64,000 bases of DNA from sequence record NC_017972.1. One strand, given 5' to 3'. Shown here piece by piece: positions 1-9,782 of this stretch. Each line of letters opens with the position of its first letter. Position 1 is the first letter of the stretch. The notes below the pieces were generated by a model that did no database searches, was not told the DNA's origin, and saw only the letters and a program-made list of their open reading frames with translations. The position numbers were made by a program, and so were the translations under genes.

Positions 1-2376
1 TACTTCCTCGGCCAGCTAAACGGCCCGGTGACAATCTGGTACGACCGTGAAAGTCTCGAAGACGAAATTTACGTCTATCAGAATGGGGAGGTTATTGCTG
101 CTGCACCGTTAAAAGATCAGAAAGGTTCGATGACCTTCGATTATGCTCCAGTGCATGATGGTCCGGGCGGTGACGAGATTGTTTTAACGCACGAAGGCAT
201 GACCAAAACCTCGCGTGTGCATATTCACCTGCTTTGTCCGGTTGATCCGTGCTTGCCGGAATTCGCGGCAAAACCGGAACCGATTGATACCGTTACGCCA
301 TGCGGTCGCGCTTGGCACCAGTCTGGATACGTGCGTAAAAACACATTCGATTTAGGTGACAAGCCGGGGCGTGTGGATGTTATTTGGAGCGTGGTTGGTT
401 CGTCGCTGGTGGTTATTTATCAGGACAACCAACCGCTGTTGACAATGGAGCCTGATCGAGAAGGGTTTTTCCAGTTCGATTATGATCCAGAAAAAGGCGA
501 AGTTTACGCAATCACACAGGGCATCGGTTCTGTCGATTATGTGTTTACCTGTCCGTATCTGGAAGAGACTCCAGAAGAGGAAGTTTTCCGCTTCGCGTGT
601 GGTGCTGCCGATTACTACGTCTTCAACGCGCCGCAATTAACGCAAGTAGATTTTCCTGTAATGGAAGGCACCATTGAATTCAGTGCGTCCGTGGTTGAAA
701 CTGCGCAGCTGGTTTTCTCGCAAAACAACGTGCCGTTTTACGTGGTGTCCGGGCATACCGGCGTTGTGGATTTCACCTTTGATTACATGCCCGACAAAGG
801 CAAAATCACAATCAACACGCAGGGTTACGGTGAAATCAAAGTAAAGGCGAAATGTCCTTATACGGCGCCCGATCCAATTCCAGAAGAGCTGGATGCGGAT
901 TGCGGTTCGACGCTAAACACTTACCCCGGTTTCAGTAATATTCGCCTCGATTTGAAAGGCATTAGCGGTGACGCGTTGCTTGACCTAGTGCTGACTGATA
1001 CGACGGTCGGCGTGGTGCATACTGGCACGCAATTAATCACGAAATCCGGTACGTACCCAATCGTTTACGACAAAACGGTGCCGCTGATTTTGCAGGCACG
1101 CGGAAACGATTTCCAAATGCGGATTAGTTGCCCAGTCAGAAAGCCGATTGAGGCCACGCTTGATTGCGGCGTAATTCGCAACTTTGATTCACTGGCAAAT
1201 ATCACGGTGCGCTACGGTTCAACGCCGGGTAATACCACGATTACGACTAGCCAAGACGTGACAGTTTATCGCGACGGTGTGCTGGTTGGTTTTGGTCGCA
1301 ACGTGACGTTTTTCTATCCGGGTTCTGGTGTAGTTCTAGTCAAGTGTGATGTGCTGGATGAATACCTGACAATTAGCGCAACTTGCCCGTCTGTTCAGCA
1401 AATCCATTGCGGCGATCCAATCAAGCAATTCAACGCGGGCGATGTTGTGGACGTAGTTTTCAATACGCCTGCAATTACCGGCCATGTCGCGGTCACTGTA
1501 GAAATCACAGGAAATACAACTGTCGATTTCCGCCTCGGTAACAACGTGGTGAAAACAGTTACACAAACTGAAACGTTTGAAGCGATCTGGAATACCGCTT
1601 CTGCCCTACGCGTAGTCTCGCGTGGTACTGGTCAATTCAAGCTATCGATTGGTTGTGCGCGACCGATTTATATCGTTAACGACGTGGTGAAAACAGAAAA
1701 GGTAAACTGCCAACCGGGTGAAACCGCCGGAGGCTTACCGAACGGAGATACTTTCGTTACTGCAACGTGGCACGAAATTACATGGTCGGACGGTCGTGTA
1801 GAAGTGACGCCGAAAACTTACGATGGGGTGTGCAAACCCGTGGCAGAAATCCCAATTCCACCTGCGCGTTGGGGCGTTGCAATGTTTGCAAACCGTTTGT
1901 TTACTGGCGGTCCAATTGCAGCGGAAATTACCGAGGAAGAAGCCGCATATGGCGTGGTCGCAAACCCAAGCCCGAGCGGAAAGAATTACCAGCACTGGAC
2001 GGGAATTCAGCAATTCTGCGATCAGGTAATGACGCATGAGTTTTCGCCGACTACCGCTGTCGCTGCGCAGATTGAAACCACGATTACCGTGGATGATTTC
2101 CTGTATGTCATGTGGGATAAACGTGCTGCTCAGGCAATCCACATTATCAACCTCGGCAACAGTTTTGAAGTAACATTTGACGGCATTTTGTGGCGTAACG
2201 ATTTGCTTGGCAACTATTCGGGAATGCCTGAATACGATCCTAATCTGCCGAAATATCTGACCGTTCAGTATGACGACGGTACAGGTCTGCGTGATTGGGT
2301 TATTGTTCGTCAAGAAACCACGACGCTGCCGCAATTCAGTCCGCGTACCGACAAATACGCGATTAAATACGTGTGA
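1..2376 (+). CDS. Virion structural/fibre protein with tandem beta-sandwich repeats (5'-truncated by window)
   Basis: Frame is open from base 1. Repeated ~85-100 aa modules (YQNG...FDY.P..G...CP) are joined by CP-x(6-20)-CG linkers. Lies at the head of the structural cluster. Confidence 0.7.
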   Translation, partial: YFLGQLNGPVTIWYDRESLEDEIYVYQNGEVIAAAPLKDQKGSMTFDYAPVHDGPGGDEIVLTHEGMTKTSRVHIHLLCPVDPCLPEFAAKPEPIDTVTPCGRAWHQSGYVRKNTFDLGDKPGRVDVIWSVVGSSLVVIYQDNQPLLTMEPDREGFFQFDYDPEKGEVYAITQGIGSVDYVFTCPYLEETPEEEVFRFACGAADYYVFNAPQLTQVDFPVMEGTIEFSASVVETAQLVFSQNNVPFYVVSGHTGVVDFTFDYMPDKGKITINTQGYGEIKVKAKCPYTAPDPIPEELDADCGSTLNTYPGFSNIRLDLKGISGDALLDLVLTDTTVGVVHTGTQLITKSGTYPIVYDKTVPLILQARGNDFQMRISCPVRKPIEATLDCGVIRNFDSLANITVRYGSTPGNTTITTSQDVTVYRDGVLVGFGRNVTFFYPGSGVVLVKCDVLDEYLTISATCPSVQQIHCGDPIKQFNAGDVVDVVFNTPAITGHVAVTVEITGNTTVDFRLGNNVVKTVTQTETFEAIWNTASALRVVSRGTGQFKLSIGCARPIYIVNDVVKTEKVNCQPGETAGGLPNGDTFVTATWHEITWSDGRVEVTPKTYDGVCKPVAEIPIPPARWGVAMFANRLFTGGPIAAEITEEEAAYGVVANPSPSGKNYQHWTGIQQFCDQVMTHEFSPTTAVAAQIETTITVDDFLYVMWDKRAAQAIHIINLGNSFEVTFDGILWRNDLLGNYSGMPEYDPNLPKYLTVQYDDGTGLRDWVIVRQETTTLPQFSPRTDKYAIKYV

Positions 2377-2385
2377 GAATAAACC

Positions 2386-3435
2386 ATGCCGATGACGAGA
2401 GTTCCAACGAATATGATTCGTGCTCCCGGCGAGCGCGATGCAAGTATTCTTGAAGTTAAAAACGAACGTCTTTCTGCAACCGCTCCAGTAGACGCAGACG
2501 TATCGGAAATTTCCGGTGGCCTTTATGACGAAACGCAGGGTGTAATTACTTTGCGTTTTTACAATGGCCAAGAATTGCGTATTACTGGCCTTCCAGTTCC
2601 GTCGCGAATTCCTGTAGGCCCTACGGGGCCGCAGGGTTTGCCGGGATTGGATGGGAAAAATGGTAAAGACGGACGCGACGGTGCGCCCGGTCCTGCTGGC
2701 TGCGAAGGCCCTCAAGGTGTAATTGGTCAAACTGGGCCAAAAGGTGAAACCGGGCGAACTGGACAACCGGGGCCAGCTGGACCTACCGGGCCAACCGGAC
2801 CGCAAGGTTTACAAGGTCCAATGGGGCCAACCGGACCACAAGGGCCAGAGGGACCACAGGGGCCACGCGGCGAACAAGGCCCGCAGGGAAGGCCCGGACC
2901 AAAAGGCCCGGAAGGTTATATGAACATTATTGTTTCCACGACCGAACCGGAAGAAAAAGATCGTGTAGATGGTTTACTTTGGGTAAATCCAAACGCAGAT
3001 TATGCGTGTGGTGACGAACCTATCTCTACGCGCCCAAGTCGTATCGCTGACGTTGCGTCGGATTTGATTTGCGGCCCGGCTAGCGTGTATTACACCCAAG
3101 GCCCGGCAGGCGTAACCAACGCACAAAAAGACCAAATCATTCAAGCGTATTACACAATTCCAAATGGCCTTGGCCGTTGCCCGGAATTGGATGGTTGGAT
3201 TTTCTGGCAAAACCACTTGGTCGGTCTGCCGCCTGCGCAAAAAGTGTTTACCATTGCGGAGGTTGTTGCACTTATCCATAAAGCTGGCGTTGAAAACAAC
3301 GAAGGTGGCAGTAAAAGCCGCGCCACTGTTAACGCGAAATGTCGTGCATCTGCTGACGCGTTGCTTGGCGCTGGTACTTACTCGGACGCTACGTTTATTG
3401 TTGGTTCCGGCAACCAGTGCGCCATTACCTATTAA
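2386..3435 (+). CDS. Collagen-like (Gly-X-Y) fibre protein
   Basis: About 33 uninterrupted GXY triplets ([22 protein letters not shown]...GPKGPEG) followed by a [11 protein letters not shown]...LLWVNP motif typical of phage fibres. Confidence 0.85.
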   Translation: MPMTRVPTNMIRAPGERDASILEVKNERLSATAPVDADVSEISGGLYDETQGVITLRFYNGQELRITGLPVPSRIPVGPTGPQGLPGLDGKNGKDGRDGAPGPAGCEGPQGVIGQTGPKGETGRTGQPGPAGPTGPTGPQGLQGPMGPTGPQGPEGPQGPRGEQGPQGRPGPKGPEGYMNIIVSTTEPEEKDRVDGLLWVNPNADYACGDEPISTRPSRIADVASDLICGPASVYYTQGPAGVTNAQKDQIIQAYYTIPNGLGRCPELDGWIFWQNHLVGLPPAQKVFTIAEVVALIHKAGVENNEGGSKSRATVNAKCRASADALLGAGTYSDATFIVGSGNQCAITY

Positions 3436-3444
3436 AGGTGTCGT

Positions 3445-3966
3445 ATGTCTAGTTCTTTAACGAAATTGCCAGTCAATATGCTGGTCGCTCGCGGACGTAC
3501 AGGCGGAAACCTAAAAAATACAGGTTCCTCGGTACAGGTTGCGCAAAGCGACGATGCTGAATTTCCGGTGCTTGTTTCGGGATCGGTGAACCAGTTAAAT
3601 GGTACATTGGTTCTAGTAATGTCCAACGGAGAAAAGATTGAGATTAGCGGATTGTTTACCGCAAACTCAATTGTGCAAGGCCCGCCCGGTCCGCGTGGTT
3701 TTCCCGGTAATGACGGGCGCGACGGAACAAACGGGCGCGATGGTGAACAGGGTGCAACAGGTTGCCAAGGCCCACCCGGTCCTCGCGGTGATACAGGCCC
3801 CGAAGGTCCACGCGGTCCGCAAGGTATCCAAGGCCCGCCCGGTCCAAAAGGTGAACCGGGACCGCGTGGTTCTGATGGCTTTGTGCAGGTTTATATTCAA
3901 TCGCAAGACCCCAGTGCGCAGGAAGGTAGCGTAGTAAAAGCCGGTGCGCTCTGGATAAAGCCGTAA
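3445..3966 (+). CDS. Short collagen-like fibre protein, paralog of 2386..3435
   Basis: GXY run [16 protein letters not shown]...GPRGSDG, with the same N-terminal and post-collagen (VYIQSQDP...ALWIKP) motifs. Confidence 0.85.
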   Translation: MSSSLTKLPVNMLVARGRTGGNLKNTGSSVQVAQSDDAEFPVLVSGSVNQLNGTLVLVMSNGEKIEISGLFTANSIVQGPPGPRGFPGNDGRDGTNGRDGEQGATGCQGPPGPRGDTGPEGPRGPQGIQGPPGPKGEPGPRGSDGFVQVYIQSQDPSAQEGSVVKAGALWIKP

Positions 3967-3969
3967 TGG

Positions 3970-3997
3970 AAAAGGGGCCTTAAAAAGCCCCTTTTTT
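3970..3997 (+). terminator. Rho-independent terminator
   Basis: AAAAGGGGC-CTTAAAAA-GCCCCTTTTTT immediately after the stop at 3966. Confidence 0.85.
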
Positions 3998-4005
3998 GTT
4001 TGCGA

Positions 4006-4015
4006 ATAATTTAAA
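4006..4015 (+). promoter_or_regulatory. Candidate phage late-promoter motif ATAATTTAAA
   Basis: Intergenic, after a terminator and 27 bp before the 4043 start. An identical 10-mer sits at 14091-14100. Confidence 0.35.
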
Positions 4016-4042
4016 TGTATTAAACAACTGTGGGACTTACCA

Positions 4043-7000
4043 ATGAGCGATTTAAGAGCGCTGTCTCCGAACGGCGCATGGCTCAACATTTGCGAAAGCG
4101 AATGGAAAGTTTTGCAAGAGGATGGAACGTGGAAGGAGATTGAGCCGGGCAATGATTTGCGCGTGCGCCACGGTTCCAACGATTATTGGCTGCAAATTAA
4201 TTGCGATTTAGATGTGGGTTATTGCCCACCAGAACAGCTTGCTGGTTGCTGGCCCGGTTACAGCGGAAACTTTGATTCTGCTGAATTCAAAATCGGTGGC
4301 CCGACTGGTTATCTCGTTTGCGATTGCGACGGCCTGAATTGCAAAACATACACTGGCCACACGCCGGATTATGATAAGGCGGGCGGTCGCTTTTTCTCTA
4401 CTGCGCCAGTTGTCGAAAACACGGTTGCGCATTCCCTGCCTACGACTTTGTTTGGTTCGTCTGAGGCAGAAATCACTGAAATGTTGGTATATGCTGGTGA
4501 ACGATCTGGACACATTGAAGTCAGTTTGCATGATCTTGACCCCGGTGTGCGTGTACGTATTTACAACGATTGCGTTCTACTCGGGGACTCGGACGTAAGC
4601 GGTCCGTTTTTCAACGTTTTCTTTACCACGGAAATTCCGAAAAAAGCGGTAGAGGAAGACCCGTGCGGCGATCCGCCTGTACCGAATAAATTCTTGACCG
4701 TTCGTGTGGATGCTCCGACCGGTCGCCGCTGGCGTGTAAAACTGGGTGCGGTTTCCGTAGTGCAGGCCACCAACTATGAACGCCCAGCGCCGTGCTTTGG
4801 CACTTTCGGTCCTAGCTTGCCTTGCTTTGTAAACGATCAAAACAACGTTATTCCGGGCGAAGCCGTTTACGAAAACGTGCATATCCTTGAAGGCATTTCT
4901 GGCCGTGTTGATATCGACCTGACTGTTAACGGCCCCGAGCCTGTTAAGTTCGAGGTTTTCTACAACGGTGGTTTGATCGGTACTCACGTAACAGGCAATA
5001 GTGAAACGCTTCTGAAATTCGCGTCTACTCTGACGTTCAATTTCAATCCGGTTGGCGGTGATCAGTTTATTGTCGTTCGGTATAGCGCTCCGCGTGCGTA
5101 CAATTCGTGGACATATTCCATGTATTGCCCGACCATGCAGGGTTCGCGTATCAACATGCGCCGCCCTATGCAGGTTCCGAACGACGTTTTGTGTTTGCCG
5201 CTGAATGAAAGTTTGGCGCCAGCGCATGCGGTTACTGGTCGAGGTGCGCACACTTCTGATATTTACTACAATTACGCTGGCTACAGTTTGGGCGATATTG
5301 TCGTAGAATTCTTTGCGCCGGACGAAGTGCAATTCGTATTTTTCCAAGGCAATTACCCGAACGAGACAATTCTATCTGGCACCACGTCCGTGGTTAACGG
5401 CCATCGTCGTTTCTATTTCCGCTTTGATCCGCGAAATGGTACGACCGTTCACGTTCGCGTAGTTGGCCCGTGCTGCCCTGATTGGATTTTCACAATGTCC
5501 AATCCTGTACCGCCGCCAGTTATTGACGTTTTTGATGCGTCGATTGTGCGCGGTCGTGCTGGTCAAGTTTCTCTGCTTTGCTTCGACGTGAAGCTGCGAA
5601 ACAAAACACCAAAACGCGTTACGTTCGATTGGAATACAGCGCCATTAACTGCAATTGTTTCCACTGACGGCACCTGTACTGTAACTGAGGATGTTCCTGA
5701 TTCGCCGTTCTGTAATATCGTCGGCACGGGTGGCGTGCGTGGCGGCAGTTATTCCAACGACCACAATATCGGATATTCCTGCTCGCGAATTTCCAGTACG
5801 TTGCATAGTCCCAACTGCGCGCAAGGTGGCCAGTATTATGTGGTAGAAACGGATTTCAATTTTCCGTATACCGGCACATATACCGTGGTTGGTACGGCGG
5901 ATGACTGTATCGACGTTTACGTTGCCTGTAAGCACGTTCTGGCAGGCCCTCGCGGCACCGGCCAATGGGAACGAACTCACAGAGCCACGTTTACCGCAGA
6001 AGCTGGATGGAATACCGTTTCCGCAATGTACCTCAACATTCCGAACTGTACGCCGGGCTGGGTTAAGTTCGTTATTTTGAATAGCAGCGGACAAGTTATT
6101 TTTGCAACCAATCCAGACGCGTACACATGGCGCTCTAAAGCAGGCGCAATTACCGTCGAACCTCCACCTGTGCCAATGGTTTACGGTGCCGATTACAATC
6201 AGGTAAAAGGCAGCGGCGCAATTGAACCGTGTACCGATTCCACGCGGGTTTGTGTGCCTATTTGCGGCACGAATTTGATGGGGCCTGACGTTACGTTCCA
6301 GCTCAGTTTGAGCAAAGTTGTAAACGCAGAAATTGGCGATCTTGTCGCAATCGGCACAATCAAAAACGGCAACCAGTACAGCTGCGATCAAAATACGTCG
6401 CTCACTGTATATGATGCAGGTTTGAATGGCTACGTAAACCGTGGCGCGCATTCCATGTTTGTTAATCAATTGATTGGCAACTCTGGTGCAACCTACGTGA
6501 TGGATGCGGATATTAATATTCCTGCATCTGGTTTGTACACGATTTATTTCCACGGTATCGACTACGCGGAATTTTTCATTGACTGCAATCGGGTAGCGGT
6601 GTCCTCGGGTTCGGCTGTTCGTATTCGTACACCGCTGAATAGTGGTGTGCGGAAATGCCATATCAACTACTCCACTGCATCGCTAAACGGTTTGCGTACC
6701 GGCTATGCTGCTGTGGCAATTGTTGACTCGTTAAACCGTGTAGTTTACGCGTCTCTTCCTGCGCACTGGCGTGGACGCATTGCGAGTGCAGGTTCGCCAC
6801 CCAGCTGTGTGCAATTCCCACCATGCGCGCCGATTAGTGGTAACTCGATTCAACAACAAAATTCTGGCGGTGGCGGTTCTACCAACTTCACCGTCGGTTA
6901 CGGCGCCGTGCAGGTGCGTAGTTCTTTGCATGGAAACGGCTCACAGCCGAACGGCGTTAGCTACACGTTGCAATTTAGGCCGACATTACCGGCAGGCTCG

Positions 7001-7693
7001 TATACGTTGGTGTGGTCGTGTGACGATGAAGGTGATTTCTATGTGAATTGCCAACACGTTGCATCGAAGCGTTCCGGTTGGCGTACAATTCAGCGAAATG
7101 CGTTCTACATTTCCGATGGATCAAAACCGACAACCATGTCCCTCGTCTACAGAAACACGGGCGGTTCTGTTATGTGGACGAACTTTGCAATTCTCAACGC
7201 GGCGGGAACCGCTGTATTGGTTTCTAGCCCAAGTCTGCCAAATGGTGCGTCGGCGGCAGGAAACGCAGTGGCTGCAACTAGCGCGGCGCCGCTTTACGAA
7301 ACCAATATGGGCGGACGTTATGTGCAGCATTACAGCACGTCGGCATACGGTGGTGGCCCTTCGTACCAGTGGTATATCGCAGAACAAGAAATCAATATTC
7401 CTGCTAACGGCCAATACCGTTTGGTAATGGGGCAGGATTTGGAATCTATGCAGATTTATATTGATTGCGCTCTGCGCGGCCAAGCGTTGGATACCACGTC
7501 GGGTTCCTCCGGTTTGTTCACGCTGCGCGCCGGTCCTAACCGATTCATTGTGCGGAAATATAACGCCCGCTCCGACAAACAAGACTGGTGGTGGTTCGAT
7601 CTGTACGATGCTGCCGGTAATCTGGTTTATCGTAGCCGCGCCGCTGGTTGGAAAGCTGCCGCACGCGACATGAATTTCTCGGGTATTTCTTAA
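4043..7693 (+). CDS. Large multidomain fibre/adhesin: beta-sandwich repeats + split Calx-beta + four PA14-like modules
   Basis: Modules ending in CP as in ORF 1..2376. Calx-beta-like halves IDVFDASIV...VTFDWNT...TA and GADY..VKGS...TFQLSL...NAEI...AIGTIKN. Four repeats of G.Y.l...DD...fYv.C. Confidence 0.7.
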   Translation: MSDLRALSPNGAWLNICESEWKVLQEDGTWKEIEPGNDLRVRHGSNDYWLQINCDLDVGYCPPEQLAGCWPGYSGNFDSAEFKIGGPTGYLVCDCDGLNCKTYTGHTPDYDKAGGRFFSTAPVVENTVAHSLPTTLFGSSEAEITEMLVYAGERSGHIEVSLHDLDPGVRVRIYNDCVLLGDSDVSGPFFNVFFTTEIPKKAVEEDPCGDPPVPNKFLTVRVDAPTGRRWRVKLGAVSVVQATNYERPAPCFGTFGPSLPCFVNDQNNVIPGEAVYENVHILEGISGRVDIDLTVNGPEPVKFEVFYNGGLIGTHVTGNSETLLKFASTLTFNFNPVGGDQFIVVRYSAPRAYNSWTYSMYCPTMQGSRINMRRPMQVPNDVLCLPLNESLAPAHAVTGRGAHTSDIYYNYAGYSLGDIVVEFFAPDEVQFVFFQGNYPNETILSGTTSVVNGHRRFYFRFDPRNGTTVHVRVVGPCCPDWIFTMSNPVPPPVIDVFDASIVRGRAGQVSLLCFDVKLRNKTPKRVTFDWNTAPLTAIVSTDGTCTVTEDVPDSPFCNIVGTGGVRGGSYSNDHNIGYSCSRISSTLHSPNCAQGGQYYVVETDFNFPYTGTYTVVGTADDCIDVYVACKHVLAGPRGTGQWERTHRATFTAEAGWNTVSAMYLNIPNCTPGWVKFVILNSSGQVIFATNPDAYTWRSKAGAITVEPPPVPMVYGADYNQVKGSGAIEPCTDSTRVCVPICGTNLMGPDVTFQLSLSKVVNAEIGDLVAIGTIKNGNQYSCDQNTSLTVYDAGLNGYVNRGAHSMFVNQLIGNSGATYVMDADINIPASGLYTIYFHGIDYAEFFIDCNRVAVSSGSAVRIRTPLNSGVRKCHINYSTASLNGLRTGYAAVAIVDSLNRVVYASLPAHWRGRIASAGSPPSCVQFPPCAPISGNSIQQQNSGGGGSTNFTVGYGAVQVRSSLHGNGSQPNGVSYTLQFRPTLPAGSYTLVWSCDDEGDFYVNCQHVASKRSGWRTIQRNAFYISDGSKPTTMSLVYRNTGGSVMWTNFAILNAAGTAVLVSSPSLPNGASAAGNAVAATSAAPLYETNMGGRYVQHYSTSAYGGGPSYQWYIAEQEINIPANGQYRLVMGQDLESMQIYIDCALRGQALDTTSGSSGLFTLRAGPNRFIVRKYNARSDKQDWWWFDLYDAAGNLVYRSRAAGWKAAARDMNFSGIS

Positions 7694-7702
7694 AGGTGAT
7701 TT

Positions 7703-9730
7703 ATGCCCCGGTTAACTAAAATTTCGCCGTCGATGATTTCCACACAGGGATCGAATGTCGGCGACGTGCTCAAGGATGACGGGATTAAATATTCCCCGAA
7801 TCCTGAGCGTGTGCATATTACTGGCGCTGTAAAAAGCGCCTCGTATGACAAAGAAACTGGCGTATTTCGTATCGTAAACAGTGACGACTCTGAAATCGTT
7901 GTAACTGGTTTGCCTACTTCGTCAAATATTGGGGTTGGCGCTACCGGCCCAACTGGCCCGCAAGGCGCAAAAGGAGATAACGGAAGAAATGGTAAAGATG
8001 GGCGCGATGGTCCTGCGGGCTGTATTGGCCCGAAAGGTGATGCAGGCCCTGCTGGTCCTCCCGGTGGTTATGGCGGTATCGGCCCCCGTGGCCCAGTAGG
8101 CGCAACAGGTCCGCAAGGCCCGCAAGGTTTACCCGGTGAAAAAGGCCCGATTGGTCCTACCGGGCCTGCTGGCCCTACGGGGCCTAGCGGTGGCGCTGGT
8201 CAAATTGGCCCTACCGGTCCACAAGGAATTATTGGTTTAACTGGTGCAACCGGTCCAACTGGCCCGCAAGGCGAAATTGGCCCGATTGGTCCTACTGGTC
8301 CAAAAGGTGAAAGCGGAACGGAAGGTGCAACCGGTTTGCAAGGCCCGCCCGGTGAACCCGGTCCTGCTGGCGTTGGTTTGCCCGGTCCGCCCGGAGCATC
8401 TGCAATTTTCACCAATGATTTTTGGACGCACGAAAACCCGTCTGTTGGTCGCTACGGTTCCATTGAAGTCGGCGACAAAACAATGGAAATTATGGGCACC
8501 TATAAATCCAGTTCGTCGGTGCAGGATATTTCTCTAACACTGCCGTTTAATGGAAAGGGTGCGCGTCGTGCAATTGCGTACATTAGTTTCAACAAATTCC
8601 CTACGGAATTGCGCACGACCGGTAACTACACGGCGACCGTTGAAAACACGATAGACGGTGATACTTCCTGTACGTTGAAGTTCAACGGCACGGTTCCTTT
8701 TGCGTCCCTTGATTTCAACTGGCGTGTGGCTCTGCTTTCCACTTCGCCTACGCCAGATTTGAATGCGCAAAATGGTTATCTTGATGTTGAGCGTCCGGGC
8801 GCCGGATACACCGCGCCTATGACGTTCTCGATTGCAGCCACTGCGGAATCTGATGAAACAATCGTGACTGAATACGAAACTGTTTCTGATACCAGTGTCG
8901 GCACCATGATCGATGCACCAAATACCGTGGATATTTTCAACCGCTGGCAGCGTGCGGCGGGTGGTGATTACTTCGGCACTTCGGTAACGGTTCCGCTGTC
9001 GAACGATGCTTCCACTTTGCTGTTCGATAATAACCGAATTGAAGTGCAGCGCAATACCACAAACTACACCATGCTGCTGTCGCCCGTTTCTTACAAGAAA
9101 TTCGATTATCAATGTGTTGTAGGTTCGCAGGACAACGATGACGATGCCATCGGTATGGTTGTCGCGTTTGCCCGCGTGGATGGCGTAAACCATTCCATTC
9201 TGGCAATGCGTAACCGTGGTGGCGCGGGTGGCCTCGCTCCGCTGAAAAACTTCATGCTGATTTACGTGCGCAATAACACAATTGTGCGCAACCTCGGCTC
9301 GGCGGATATTGGTACGGGTACTGGCGCATGGCGTGACCACACGACGAAAATTCGTGTAGTGCGAAATGGCGATTCCGTGCAGTGCTACGCAACGCCGTTT
9401 GATTCGACCGTTTTCGATCCTACGCCGCTGACTGTCGATTTGAGCAGCTCGCCAGACCTCGCCGTCTTCCGCGACTTCTGCCGGTTTGGTTTTGTTGCTT
9501 ACTCGCAAGCATTTGCCTACTTTGACGATATCGATTTTGTGCAGCCTGCAAATCCTGATTATGTCACTACGTATGGTTCGGTCGCAATTGCGCCGGGCGA
9601 TATCGAGGCAGAAGTGGCAGTGACCATTAACGGCACCGATGCAGTTCCGAACACTGGTTCTGTAATGCTGCGAATTGCAAACGCAAGAAATGCCAAGATT
9701 GTTAACGCAATCGGCACCGGCAATTTCTGA
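7703..9730 (+). CDS. Collagen-like fibre protein with Calx-beta scaffold and inserted L-type lectin (TSP-C-like) domain
   Basis: About 50 GXY triplets. [13 protein letters not shown] resembles the Ca-binding DDD motif of thrombospondin C-terminal-like lectins. Ends with [15 protein letters not shown]...EVAVTI...[11 protein letters not shown]. Confidence 0.7.
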   Translation: MPRLTKISPSMISTQGSNVGDVLKDDGIKYSPNPERVHITGAVKSASYDKETGVFRIVNSDDSEIVVTGLPTSSNIGVGATGPTGPQGAKGDNGRNGKDGRDGPAGCIGPKGDAGPAGPPGGYGGIGPRGPVGATGPQGPQGLPGEKGPIGPTGPAGPTGPSGGAGQIGPTGPQGIIGLTGATGPTGPQGEIGPIGPTGPKGESGTEGATGLQGPPGEPGPAGVGLPGPPGASAIFTNDFWTHENPSVGRYGSIEVGDKTMEIMGTYKSSSSVQDISLTLPFNGKGARRAIAYISFNKFPTELRTTGNYTATVENTIDGDTSCTLKFNGTVPFASLDFNWRVALLSTSPTPDLNAQNGYLDVERPGAGYTAPMTFSIAATAESDETIVTEYETVSDTSVGTMIDAPNTVDIFNRWQRAAGGDYFGTSVTVPLSNDASTLLFDNNRIEVQRNTTNYTMLLSPVSYKKFDYQCVVGSQDNDDDAIGMVVAFARVDGVNHSILAMRNRGGAGGLAPLKNFMLIYVRNNTIVRNLGSADIGTGTGAWRDHTTKIRVVRNGDSVQCYATPFDSTVFDPTPLTVDLSSSPDLAVFRDFCRFGFVAYSQAFAYFDDIDFVQPANPDYVTTYGSVAIAPGDIEAEVAVTINGTDAVPNTGSVMLRIANARNAKIVNAIGTGNF

Positions 9731-9748
9731 CGATAGGGGCCTTCGATA

Positions 9749-9773
9749 AGGGGGCCTTTTTCTAGGCCCCTTT
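9749..9773 (+). terminator. Probable weak terminator/stem-loop
   Basis: GGGGCCT-TTTTCT-AGGCCCC followed by only TTT, then the GGAG RBS of the next gene. Confidence 0.55.
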
Positions 9774-9782
9774 GGAGTTTTT

